Shown: piece after piece, positions 55,675 to 64,000 of the stretch | Numbering within the stretch: the stretch's first letter is position 1 | Layout: each line of letters opens with the position of its first letter | DNA from: an uncultured archaeon | GTDB lineage: Archaea; Thermoproteota; Nitrososphaeria; Nitrososphaerales; Gagatemarchaeaceae | Length of the DNA: 64,000 nt | Assembly (NCBI GenBank): GCA_963817525.1 | Contig: CAWFOU010000001.1 | Location: 1,024,001-1,088,000, forward strand | Direction of reading: 5' to 3' | The notes under the pieces: generated by a model | The model's input: only the letters and a program-made list of their open reading frames with translations | Database searches by the model: none | Told to the model about the DNA's origin: nothing | Made by a program: the position numbers and the translations under genes

Positions 55675-55946
55675 GAGGGCCCCGGCACAAGAGGTACCTG
55701 ATGCTGGCCAGCGAGGCCCCCATCGACGACGAGACGAAGAGGGAACTAACCCACCGGATCGCGAAGATATCGCCCACCATGGCCAAGAAGGCGGTCTGGT
55801 TCGAGCGCGCAGTCATAGTCAAGACCGACAACGTCGACCTCCCTATGGTGAAGGACGCCCTGGAGATGAGCGTGGGAGGGGTCGTCCTCAGGTCGATGCT
55901 CGTCTCGGGCTCGATAGGTAAGCTCAAAAAAGCCGTCCCGGGGTAG
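55671..55946 (+). CDS. Divergent Rpp14/Pop5-like protein
   Basis: RHKRYL...VIVKT...VSGSIGKLK resembles Pop5 motifs. TTG overlaps the upstream stop. Confidence 0.6.
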   Translation: MRGPRHKRYLMLASEAPIDDETKRELTHRIAKISPTMAKKAVWFERAVIVKTDNVDLPMVKDALEMSVGGVVLRSMLVSGSIGKLKKAVPG

Positions 55947-55956
55947 CTGGTCGCGA

Positions 55957-56340
55957 ATGGTAACGCTCTTCTCGCCCGAGTTCTACGCTCAGCTCCAGGA
56001 CAACCTCTCCAACGACCCGAAATGGCAGGAGAGCACGAAGGGGCTCAAGACCAGCATCAAGCTCACTTCAAGCAGCCAGGGGGTCTCCTCGACCTACCTC
56101 CTCAAGGTGGAGGACGGGAAGACGACCATCGCCCAGTCCGAGCCCGCGGCGCAGGCGGAGTTCTCCTTCGACGGGACCTACGAGACCTGGGCGAAGGTAG
56201 CGAAGGGGGAGCTGGACTTCCAGTCCGCCGTCCTGAAAGGTGTCCTCAAGTTCAAGGGGTCCATCACCAAGATCCTGTTCTACAAGGACAGGTTCATGAG
56301 GATCGCAGAGGTCATGCGGTCCATCCCCGTCGAAGTCTAG
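55957..56340 (+). CDS. SCP2 sterol/lipid-binding domain protein
   Basis: TWAKVAKGELDFQSAVLKGVLKFKG; adjacent to beta-oxidation genes. Confidence 0.88.
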   Translation: MVTLFSPEFYAQLQDNLSNDPKWQESTKGLKTSIKLTSSSQGVSSTYLLKVEDGKTTIAQSEPAAQAEFSFDGTYETWAKVAKGELDFQSAVLKGVLKFKGSITKILFYKDRFMRIAEVMRSIPVEV

Positions 56341-56346
56341 GGACCT

Positions 56347-56787
56347 TCAGCGCGCCACGAAGACGTAGTAAGGGCTGCCTTCCGAGTCCTTCCTGGGCTC
56401 GAGCCTGAGCTTCGCTCCAGGGCTGAGCTTCATGTGGTCGACCCCTTCCAGCCACGCAAGGACGTTCACCCCGTCCTCCAACCTCCCGATGCCGACAACG
56501 TAGGGGTCGTGGTCGACGAAGCTCGTCGGGGTCACCTGGACGTAGGTGAAGGTGAGTAGCTCCGCGTCGGTCCCCAGCTCCACCCACTCCGCGTTCCCGC
56601 TCATGCAGTTCGGGCAGTCGGCCTGCGGGGGGAAGGTGAGCCTCCCGCAGTCCTTGCATTTCGTCGTGACGAACTTGCCCTCGCCCAGCGCCTCCCAGAA
56701 CCTCTGGGTTTTCGTGATCGGGATGTTGAACCTAAGGGTGAGGCTCCTCTTCGAGCGGAGCGTCGGGGGCGGGTTCTCGTCTGGCAG
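56347..56787 (-). CDS. Zn-ribbon/OB-fold (DUF35) thiolase partner; CTG start or readthrough
   Basis: FWEALGEGK...KCKDCG...PPQADCPNC continues in frame upstream of the listed ATG, up to the thiolase TAG. Confidence 0.88.
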   Translation of the reverse strand: MPDENPPPTLRSKRSLTLRFNIPITKTQRFWEALGEGKFVTTKCKDCGRLTFPPQADCPNCMSGNAEWVELGTDAELLTFTYVQVTPTSFVDHDPYVVGIGRLEDGVNVLAWLEGVDHMKLSPGAKLRLEPRKDSEGSPYYVFVAR

Positions 56788-57951
56788 CTATTTCGACCTC
56801 GAGAGCACCGTGACGTAGCAATAGTGGCCGGTCCCGCCGACGTTGTGGACCAGCCCGATTCCGTTCTTTATCTGGGCCTGCCTGCTTCCGGCCTCGCCCC
56901 TGAGCTGCTTAGAGACCTCGACCATCATCGAGACGCCGGTCGCCCCGATCGGGTGGCCCTTTGCCTTGAGGCCGCCGTCGACGTTGACGGGGATCCTTCC
57001 CCCTACCTCCGTCTGCCCCTCGCGGATGAGCTTCCCCCCTTCCCCCTTGGCGCAGAACCCAAGGTCCTCGTAGGCCATCAGTTCCGCGATGGTGAAGCAG
57101 TCGTGGCAGGTGGCGACGTCCACGTCGCCCGGCCCGACCTTCGCCGCCGAGTAGGCCTTCCTGGAGGCGTCGACGGTTGCCCTGAGCCCCACGAAATCGG
57201 CCCTCTTGCTGAGGTTGGCCGAGTCGGACGAGAACCCCATCCCCTTGATCCAGACCGGGGTGTCGGTGAGGCGCCTGGCCGCCTCCTCGCTCGCGAGCAC
57301 GACGGCGGCCGAGCCGTCGGCGATGGGGCAGGCGTCGTAGAGCTTCAGCGGCCAGGCGATGACCTGCGAGGCGAGCGCCTTCTCCAGGGTGATCTCCTTC
57401 TGGAACTGGGCGAGCGGGTTCATGGAGGCGTAGTGGTGGGCCTTCACGGCGACCCGCGCCATGTCCTCCTCGGTCGTCCCGTATCTGTTCATGTGCGCCA
57501 CGGCGTAGAGGGCATAGTAGGCAGGGAAGGTCATCCCATAGTTCTCGAACTCCCAGAGATAGGAGCCCGACCTCCCCATCAGTTCGACAGAGGTAAGGGT
57601 GTCCACCTCGGTCATCTTCTCGACCCCGACCGCCATGGCGACCTCCGACTCCCCGCTCGCGACGCTGAGGTAGGCGCTCCTGACCGCCGCGCTCCCGCTC
57701 GCGCATGCGGCCTCTACCCTCATCGTCCCCACGTCCTCGAACCCTGCGTATTCGTTGACCAGGACCGCGGGGAGGGACTCCTCATACCACCCGCCCGCGC
57801 TCCCGAGCGTGACGTTGTGGATCTCCTTTTTGTCGACCCCGGAGTCCTCCATCGCCCCCTTGATGGACTCGAATGCCAGCTCAGCCACGTCGACGTCGGT
57901 CCGCCTGCCGAACTTCGAGTGGCCTATCCCGACGATCGCTACGTCTCTCAA
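56788..57951 (-). CDS. Thiolase (SCP-x type acetyl-CoA C-acyltransferase)
   Basis: EAACASG, GVEKM, DGSAA, HDCFT, GHPIGATG, HNVGG. Confidence 0.95.
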   Translation of the reverse strand: MRDVAIVGIGHSKFGRRTDVDVAELAFESIKGAMEDSGVDKKEIHNVTLGSAGGWYEESLPAVLVNEYAGFEDVGTMRVEAACASGSAAVRSAYLSVASGESEVAMAVGVEKMTEVDTLTSVELMGRSGSYLWEFENYGMTFPAYYALYAVAHMNRYGTTEEDMARVAVKAHHYASMNPLAQFQKEITLEKALASQVIAWPLKLYDACPIADGSAAVVLASEEAARRLTDTPVWIKGMGFSSDSANLSKRADFVGLRATVDASRKAYSAAKVGPGDVDVATCHDCFTIAELMAYEDLGFCAKGEGGKLIREGQTEVGGRIPVNVDGGLKAKGHPIGATGVSMMVEVSKQLRGEAGSRQAQIKNGIGLVHNVGGTGHYCYVTVLSRSK

Positions 57952-57958
57952 TGCCCGC

Positions 57959-59119
57959 TCAGTCCTGCAGGACCTCCCTTGAGAGAATCCAGCGCTGGAC
58001 CTCCGAGGTTCCTTCGACGATGTCGAGAATCTTCGCGTCCCTGAGGTAGCGCTCCAAGGGGAGGAGCTTGCTCAGGCCTATCCCCCCGTGGATCTGGATG
58101 GCCCGCTCACAGACCCAGACCGCGGTCTCCGTGGAGAAGACCTTGGCCATCGAGGCCTCCTTGACGAACTCTTCGCCCTGGTCCCTCAGGTAGGCCGCCC
58201 TGTAGGTGAGGAGGCGGGCCGCCTCGATCCTGGTCACCATGTCAGCGATGAGGAACCTTATCGACTCGAACTTCCCGAGCTGTCTGTCGAAGAGCACCCT
58301 CTTCTTGGAATAGGCTATTGACGCCTCCAGGGCGGCGCTCGCAACCCCCAGCGCCCCCCCTGCCGCCCCCACGCGGCCCTGGTTCAGGACCGCCATCGCG
58401 ATGAGGAACCCGTCGCCCAGGGAGCCCAGCATGTTGGACGCGGGCACGTTGCAGTCGTTGAACACCAGCTCGGCCGTCCCCGTCCCCCTTATCCCGATCA
58501 CCTCCAGCTTGCCCCCCACCCTGAACCCGGGCGTGCCCTTGTCCACGAGGAAAGCGGTCATGCCTGCCGCCCCGTCGGCGACGCTCCCCGTCCTCGTGAA
58601 AAGGACCACGACGTCCGCAAGAAGCCCCTGGGATATCCAGATCTTCGAGCCGTTGATCTTGTACTCGCCCGTGGGGGTCTTCTCTGCCTTGGTCTGGATG
58701 TTGGCGGCGTCGGACCCGGCCCCCGGCTCGGTGAGGCCGTAGGAGCCGATGATCCCCCCCTTTGCGAGGCCGGGGAGGTACTTCTCCTTCTGCTCCTTGG
58801 TCCCGAACTGGGAGATCGGGTAGGCGACGAGGGCGTTCTGCACCCCGATGATCAGCCCAGCGGAGAGGCTCACCTTGGCGATCTCCTCTGCGACCAACAC
58901 CGAGGAGGTCAGATCGAGGCCGAGGCCCCCGTACTCGGTGGGCGTGCCCATCCCGAGGAGGCCGTAGTCCCCCATCTTCCTGGCGAGGTCTCGAGGGTAC
59001 TCGTCCGTCCTGTCGATCTTCTCCGCGATCGGGGCGATCTCCCTCGTGGCAAAGTCCTTCGCCCATGAGCGGAGCTGCTCGTGCTCAGGAGTGAAGCAGA
59101 TCGCGGGAAGGCTTGTCAA
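57959..59119 (-). CDS. Acyl-CoA dehydrogenase
   Basis: LTEPGAGSD, NGSKIWIS, QIHGG.G, IVEGTSEVQR. Confidence 0.96.
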   Translation of the reverse strand: MTSLPAICFTPEHEQLRSWAKDFATREIAPIAEKIDRTDEYPRDLARKMGDYGLLGMGTPTEYGGLGLDLTSSVLVAEEIAKVSLSAGLIIGVQNALVAYPISQFGTKEQKEKYLPGLAKGGIIGSYGLTEPGAGSDAANIQTKAEKTPTGEYKINGSKIWISQGLLADVVVLFTRTGSVADGAAGMTAFLVDKGTPGFRVGGKLEVIGIRGTGTAELVFNDCNVPASNMLGSLGDGFLIAMAVLNQGRVGAAGGALGVASAALEASIAYSKKRVLFDRQLGKFESIRFLIADMVTRIEAARLLTYRAAYLRDQGEEFVKEASMAKVFSTETAVWVCERAIQIHGGIGLSKLLPLERYLRDAKILDIVEGTSEVQRWILSREVLQD

Positions 59120-59158
59120 TCTTTCTGAAAAAAGGCACGTCCGACTCTATTTATCGTT

Positions 59159-61153
59159 TCATTGACCCTTGAAGTCCGGCTCCTTCTTGGAGAGGAAGGA
59201 GCTGATGCCCTCAGAGGCGTCCTGGGTCGAGACGGCGAGGCCGAAGCCGCCGGCCTCGAAGAGCTGCCCTGCGTCCGCCGACGAGCCTTGCTGGGCTAGG
59301 TTGATGGCGCTCTTCGAGAGCCTCAGGGCGATGGGGGCGCGCTTTGCGAGCTTCATCGCGAAACTCTCCACCTCCGCCTGGAAACTCTCGTTTGCAAAGA
59401 CCCTGTCGAGGAGCCCCAGCTTGAGCGCCTCCTGCGCCTGGAGCCGCTCCCCGAAGTATATCATCTCCTTCGCCTTGCTCAGCCCGACCAGGCGCAGAAG
59501 CCTCTGTGTCCCGCCCGCCCCCGGAATGATCCCGAGGCTGGTCTCCGTGAGGCCGATCTGGCTCGACTCCGAGGCAAGCCGGAAGTCGCACGCCAGGGCG
59601 AGCTCGCAGCCCCCGCCGAACGCGTAGCCGTTTATCGCCGCGACCACGGGCTTTGGCATCTTCTCGAAGAGGGTGAAGACCTCGAACATCCTCCTCGCCG
59701 ACTCGAACGCCTTCAGGGGGGATGTGAACTCGAACGCGGTCAAGTCCGCCCCGGCGCAAAACGCCTTCCCTCCCTCCCCTGAGATCACGACCACCCTTAT
59801 CGTCCCGTCCTTGGCGAGATCGTTCGCGACGGCCTCGAGTTCGTCCATCATCTTCGGGGTGACGGTGTTGTGCCGATGCGGGCGGTTGAGCGTGACCCAC
59901 CCGAGCGGGGGCGCCTTCCTGAGGACGACCTCTTCCAACCTGGTCTCTTTCGAGCCGTATTCATAAAAACCTCTTCCCGTGGGCGAGCCAAGTTCGCCCC
60001 GCGCCACCATCTGGACGAGCAGAGGGTCGGGGGCGTAGGCCTGCCCGTGGGCGGCCTGCTTTCGCCGGAGGGCCGCGACCGCCCGGTCGATCCCCCACCC
60101 GTCCGCCATCCGGAGTATGCCTTCAGGGAAGCCGAGCCCTAGCTTCACGGATGCGTCTAGGTCGTCCCTCGAGCAGACCCCGTTCCGCAGGAGCCATGCC
60201 GCCGCGTTTATCCCGACGGAGAAGACCTCGAGCGGGTCGAGTGCCTCGCCCTCGGCGCGGGCGTACGACGCCCCGCCCGCCGAGTATTCGTAAAAGCCCG
60301 CGCCGCTCTTCCGCCCGAGCTTGCCCGCCTTTACCATCGCGCCGAGCGCGGGGGCGACGGGCAGCGATGAGGCGTCCCTGGCCTTCATCGTCTGCGAGGC
60401 CGCATAGATGATGTCGATCCCCGTGTAGTCCGCGAGCTCGAAGAGGCCCATCGGGAGGCCCACCTTGTAGACGCAGCACGAGTCTACCTCCCTCACCGTC
60501 GCCTCTCCCCTCTCCACGACCCACGCGGCCTCGTTGATCATCGGGCCGATTATCCTGTTGACGATGAACCCGGGGACGTCCTTCTCGCAGACCACGACCT
60601 GCTTTCCCAGCCCCTTGCAGAAGGCGACAGCCCTCTCGACCGAGCCTGCGCTGGTACTCTCGCCCTTGACGACCTCGACGAGCGGCATCATAACGGGCGG
60701 GTTGAAGAAGTGGATTCCCACGACGTCTCCTGGCCTGCTCGTCGCCGCGGCGATCTCGGAGATGGGGATGCTGCTGGTGTTGGTGGCGAGCAGCGACCGT
60801 TGCGTCAGCGCGTCCAGCCGGGCGAATAGTGCCCTCTTCAGTTCGAGGTTCTCGGGAGCGGCCTCCACGACGAGGTCGCACCGGGCGGCGTCCTCCAGGG
60901 AGGTGGTCGCGGTGATGGCCGCGCCGGCCTCCTCCGCCTTCTTGCTCGTGATGGCGCCCTTCTCCGCGAGCTTGTTGAGGCTCCACCTGATCTTCTCCAT
61001 CCCTGCGCCCACGAAGCGCGCCTCCACATCGTAGAGGACGACGCTGTGCCCAGCTAGCGCCGCCACCTCGGCTATCCCGTGGCCCATCGTTCCCGCGCCG
61101 AGGACCGCGACCGAACGGATGGAAGTGGTTTCACGCGGTGCGCTCACGGTCAA
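59159..61153 (-). CDS. 3-hydroxyacyl-CoA dehydrogenase / enoyl-CoA hydratase fusion
   Basis: GAGTMGHGIA, TNTSS, HFFNP, PGFIVNR; crotonase motifs FCAGADL, GGGCEL, PGAGGTQRL. Confidence 0.96.
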   Translation of the reverse strand: MTVSAPRETTSIRSVAVLGAGTMGHGIAEVAALAGHSVVLYDVEARFVGAGMEKIRWSLNKLAEKGAITSKKAEEAGAAITATTSLEDAARCDLVVEAAPENLELKRALFARLDALTQRSLLATNTSSIPISEIAAATSRPGDVVGIHFFNPPVMMPLVEVVKGESTSAGSVERAVAFCKGLGKQVVVCEKDVPGFIVNRIIGPMINEAAWVVERGEATVREVDSCCVYKVGLPMGLFELADYTGIDIIYAASQTMKARDASSLPVAPALGAMVKAGKLGRKSGAGFYEYSAGGASYARAEGEALDPLEVFSVGINAAAWLLRNGVCSRDDLDASVKLGLGFPEGILRMADGWGIDRAVAALRRKQAAHGQAYAPDPLLVQMVARGELGSPTGRGFYEYGSKETRLEEVVLRKAPPLGWVTLNRPHRHNTVTPKMMDELEAVANDLAKDGTIRVVVISGEGGKAFCAGADLTAFEFTSPLKAFESARRMFEVFTLFEKMPKPVVAAINGYAFGGGCELALACDFRLASESSQIGLTETSLGIIPGAGGTQRLLRLVGLSKAKEMIYFGERLQAQEALKLGLLDRVFANESFQAEVESFAMKLAKRAPIALRLSKSAINLAQQGSSADAGQLFEAGGFGLAVSTQDASEGISSFLSKKEPDFKGQ

Positions 61154-61209
61154 GTTATCCTGTGGAGGCGGCGGGCCGCCTTCGTAAAAGACTTGCTTGG
61201 CGACCCAGC

Positions 61210-61440
61210 TCAGCCGGGAGGCGGAGAGATCATGATTATGTTGTCTCCCCTGACGATCAGCGTCCCTAGGGAGCTCGACTTGCCATCCGCGGAGATGTCC
61301 TCTGCCTTTTCGAGCGAGAGGTTCATGTGCTGGTCGAAGCCCTGCAGGGAGCCCCGGATCACCTTGCCCCCCTTCAGCTTGATGAGGACCACTTTGCCGA
61401 CGCTCGTCTCGAGAGCCTTTATCGCCATGTCCGCGGACAT
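61210..61440 (-). CDS. Sm-like (LSm/SmAP) protein
   Basis: GSLQGFDQHMNLSL (Sm1) and IVRGDNI (Sm2). Confidence 0.95.
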   Translation of the reverse strand: MSADMAIKALETSVGKVVLIKLKGGKVIRGSLQGFDQHMNLSLEKAEDISADGKSSSLGTLIVRGDNIIMISPPPG

Positions 61441-61519
61441 TGTGTCTAATTGCACCGGTTGAGATTGGGCGTCGCAGGCTGGCTTTATTAAATTGACGTA
61501 TTCGGCGTCCCTCTGAGAA

Positions 61520-62008
61520 TTGAAGAGACAGGTTGTGTCAAAGCACGACTCGAGGGAGCTCATCGCCGAGATCGAGCGCTCCACGGGCGTCCATCTGGAG
61601 GTCCCCCGATCGGCCCAGGTCGAGATCCTGGAGCCCGACGAGCAGACCAAGTTCGTGATAATCGACGGCAGGTTCACCTTCGTCAGCGGAGGCCCGGGAG
61701 GTGGGTACCTCCCCTACGTAGGGTCGGCGGACGCTGTCGGACTCTTCCCCTCGGTCTCGATAGATGAGGGCGCGGTGAAGTACATCATCAAGGGGGCCGA
61801 CGTGATGCGCCCCGGGATCTCAAAGTACGACGACTGGGGGGACGCAGGGAAGCTGGTGGTGGTGAGGGAGGACCAGAAGGGAAGGGCAGCCGCGGTGGGG
61901 AGGACCGCAGTCGCCAGCTCCGAGATGGCCGAGCTCAAGAAGGGGAACTGCGTCAAGAACCTTCACCACGCGGGTGACAAGTTCTGGAACTCGTACAAGA
62001 AGATTTGA
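61520..62008 (+). CDS. PUA-domain RNA-binding protein (DUF1947/MCT-1-like)
   Basis: IDEGAVKYIIKGADVMRPGI...HHAGDKFW. Confidence 0.93.
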   Translation: MKRQVVSKHDSRELIAEIERSTGVHLEVPRSAQVEILEPDEQTKFVIIDGRFTFVSGGPGGGYLPYVGSADAVGLFPSVSIDEGAVKYIIKGADVMRPGISKYDDWGDAGKLVVVREDQKGRAAAVGRTAVASSEMAELKKGNCVKNLHHAGDKFWNSYKKI

Positions 62009-62077
62009 CCTCACGTTCTATATATCGGATTTATGTTTAAAAGCCGGGGCAATCTCTCGAAGGGTGATAAGATCAGT

Positions 62078-62392
62078 TTGGAATCGAGCTTGACAACCGA
62101 GGAGTCTGGAGAGGCCGGCGCGCAGGAAGGAGGGGGCATGCTGCTGAAGGCTCTGCAGCTCAGGAGCGCTGACGACCTCCAGGCGATACAGGATGACGTG
62201 GCGAAGAGGACCATCGTGATATTGCGGGTCACCCCATTGGCTCAGAAGAGCGTCGAGGACCTGAAGGCCGTGGTCGAGCAGCTCTACGAGTTCGCGACCT
62301 CCATAGGCGGGGACATCGCGAGGCTTGGCGAGGAGAGGATCGTCATAACGCCTCCCGGCGTCCGCATCTGGAGAGGCTCGCTCTCCGGCTAG
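62078..62392 (+). CDS. sepF: SepF-like protein (DUF552)
   Basis: GGDIARLGEERIVITPPGVRIW. Start uncertain. Confidence 0.85.
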   Translation: MESSLTTEESGEAGAQEGGGMLLKALQLRSADDLQAIQDDVAKRTIVILRVTPLAQKSVEDLKAVVEQLYEFATSIGGDIARLGEERIVITPPGVRIWRGSLSG

Positions 62393-64000
62393 AATACGCG
62401 GATCGCTTCTTGGACGGCCGGCCTGAGCGCCGGCACCCTGTATATGCGCTGTATCACGTAGGCCAGGTTCTCGATCTTCCTCTTGTCCCCGTGCTGGACG
62501 ATCACCTGCTGGAGCTTCGGGCGCATCTTCCCGATGAATCGGATTATCTGGTTGTAGTCGCTGTGGCCGCTGAACCCGTCGACCTTCTCGGTGCTGGCGT
62601 TCACGTCCACGATCTTGATCTTGCCGTTGTCGCCGAGGAGGCTCGCCTGGTGTGTGCCGTCAAGGACGCGCCTGCCCAGAGTCCCCTGCACCTGGTAGGA
62701 GACGAAGAGTATCTTGTTCCTCTCTGACGGGGCGATGTGCTCGAAGTACTGGAGCACCGGGCCGCCCTCGAGCATCCCCGAGGTCGCCATGATCACCGCG
62801 GGACCTTCCCTGAGGGCCTCGTCCCTGTTGGAGGGGTGCTCGATGGAGGTGAAGTACTCGCTCACGAAGGGGTTGACACCCTGCTCGAGTATCTTGCTCC
62901 GTAGCTCCCTTGAGAGGTAGTCCGCGTAGGAGACGTGTATAGCGGTCGCCTCGGAAATCATCCCCTCGAGGAAGACGGGCGCCTCGGTCAAGACCTTGTT
63001 CCTCATGTAGTGGTCGAGCACGAGGATTATCTCCTGCGCCCTCCCCACCGCCGGTATCGGGATGAGGACCTTCCCGCCGCTCGCGAGGGTGCTGTTGATC
63101 GCCCTGACGAAGTTCATCTCCACCTCCTCTCGGGCCGGCATTATGTCCTCCTTGTTCCCGTAGGTGGCCTCGGTGATCAGCGTCTCCACGCGCGGGTAGT
63201 TCCAGCTCGCGGAGTCGAAGAGTTGCGTCCTGCCGTACTTGTAGTCGCCCGTGTAGACTATGTTATGGACCCCCTCCCCTATGTGGAGGTGCACGGTCGC
63301 GGAGCCCAAGATGTGGCCAGCGTTGTTGAGGACGAGCTTGATGTCTGGAGAGATGTCGGTGACGGTCCCGTACTGGAGCGTGATGGTGTGCTGTATGAGG
63401 TCCCTGATGTCCTTCTGGTCGTAGAGGACCCTCCCCCCTTCCATCTGGGCGATCTTGATGAAGTCGTTCTGGAGGAGGGTCATCAGGGGCAGGGTGGGCT
63501 CCGTGCAGTAGACGGGGCCTTCGTAGCCGAACTTGTAGAGCGCCGGGAGGAAGCCCATGTGGTCGAGGTGCGCGTGGCTCAGGACGACCGCGTCGAGCTC
63601 GTTGAGGTTGACGTCCGCCCAGTCCAGCCTGGGGTAGGCGTCCCAGCTGTTCTTCGCGCCTGGGGATATGCCCGCGTCCATGAGGACCTTGCTCTCGGAG
63701 GTCTCGACCAGCCAGCAGGACCTCCCCACCTCCTGCCCGGCCCCGAGGCACTTTATCGTGACCTGCTCGGCGGACGTGTACCTAGGCCTGAAGATGGTCT
63801 CGCCGAGCTCCCTGTAGAACTTCTCCCTCACGTCGCTCCCCGTCCTCAACGCATAGTACATGCTCTGGATCGCCGAGGACGCGATGTGCGGCGCCTTCCG
63901 CACCTTGATCTTCCACCCGGTCTGCCCCATGAGATCCCCCAGGTCGTATCCGACGTCGGCTGAGAGGACTCGGGGGTTGCTCGCCTCGACCGTGACCTCG
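62389..64000 (-). CDS. Beta-CASP ribonuclease aCPSF1/FttA (5' end lies outside the window)
   Basis: EVGRSC, SHAHLDH, NAGHILGS, YTGD, GFSGHSD; the KH-domain part runs off the window end. Confidence 0.96.
   Translation of the reverse strand, partial: EVTVEASNPRVLSADVGYDLGDLMGQTGWKIKVRKAPHIASSAIQSMYYALRTGSDVREKFYRELGETIFRPRYTSAEQVTIKCLGAGQEVGRSCWLVETSESKVLMDAGISPGAKNSWDAYPRLDWADVNLNELDAVVLSHAHLDHMGFLPALYKFGYEGPVYCTEPTLPLMTLLQNDFIKIAQMEGGRVLYDQKDIRDLIQHTITLQYGTVTDISPDIKLVLNNAGHILGSATVHLHIGEGVHNIVYTGDYKYGRTQLFDSASWNYPRVETLITEATYGNKEDIMPAREEVEMNFVRAINSTLASGGKVLIPIPAVGRAQEIILVLDHYMRNKVLTEAPVFLEGMISEATAIHVSYADYLSRELRSKILEQGVNPFVSEYFTSIEHPSNRDEALREGPAVIMATSGMLEGGPVLQYFEHIAPSERNKILFVSYQVQGTLGRRVLDGTHQASLLGDNGKIKIVDVNASTEKVDGFSGHSDYNQIIRFIGKMRPKLQQVIVQHGDKRKIENLAYVIQRIYRVPALRPAVQEAIRVF

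Overview
GC-rich archaeal chromosome segment. The gene content and order (rps15-DHH-pcc1-serS-rps3ae, kae1/bud32, dph5-DUF357 fusion, short L15e, several surface PQQ dehydrogenases) best fit a non-ammonia-oxidising Nitrososphaerota/TACK lineage; this placement is inference. Bases 1 to ~31,200 are accessory. They carry three membrane-anchored PQQ beta-propeller dehydrogenases and a PqqC homologue that appears to have lost its catalytic His/His/Tyr and is translationally coupled to a wHTH-V4R regulator. Also here are a SET-domain protein, sugar ABC components, and a cluster of unusual exported proteins (NTF2-like, a divergent pair of WPGTW-motif membrane paralogues, a ligand-less cupredoxin, a twin-arginine MoaD/ubiquitin-like protein, an ECF S component). 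A NikR-linked Zn/Mn/Ni ABC operon with a duplicated permease follows, and the region ends at a two-intron tRNA-Lys(CUU) with an att-like repeat. From ~31,400 to 64,000 the genes are mostly conserved housekeeping (translation, KEOPS, flavin synthesis, FEN1, aCPSF1, beta-oxidation). Within them lie an unannotated, highly base-paired ~245-nt candidate ncRNA (39572-39816), a GLUE/PH plus winged-helix protein resembling Vps36, a small IS-scarred islet, and a thiolase-DUF35 junction separated only by an in-frame TAG. No CRISPR array, rRNA or intact mobile element was seen. All family assignments come from motif recognition by eye; no searches were run.
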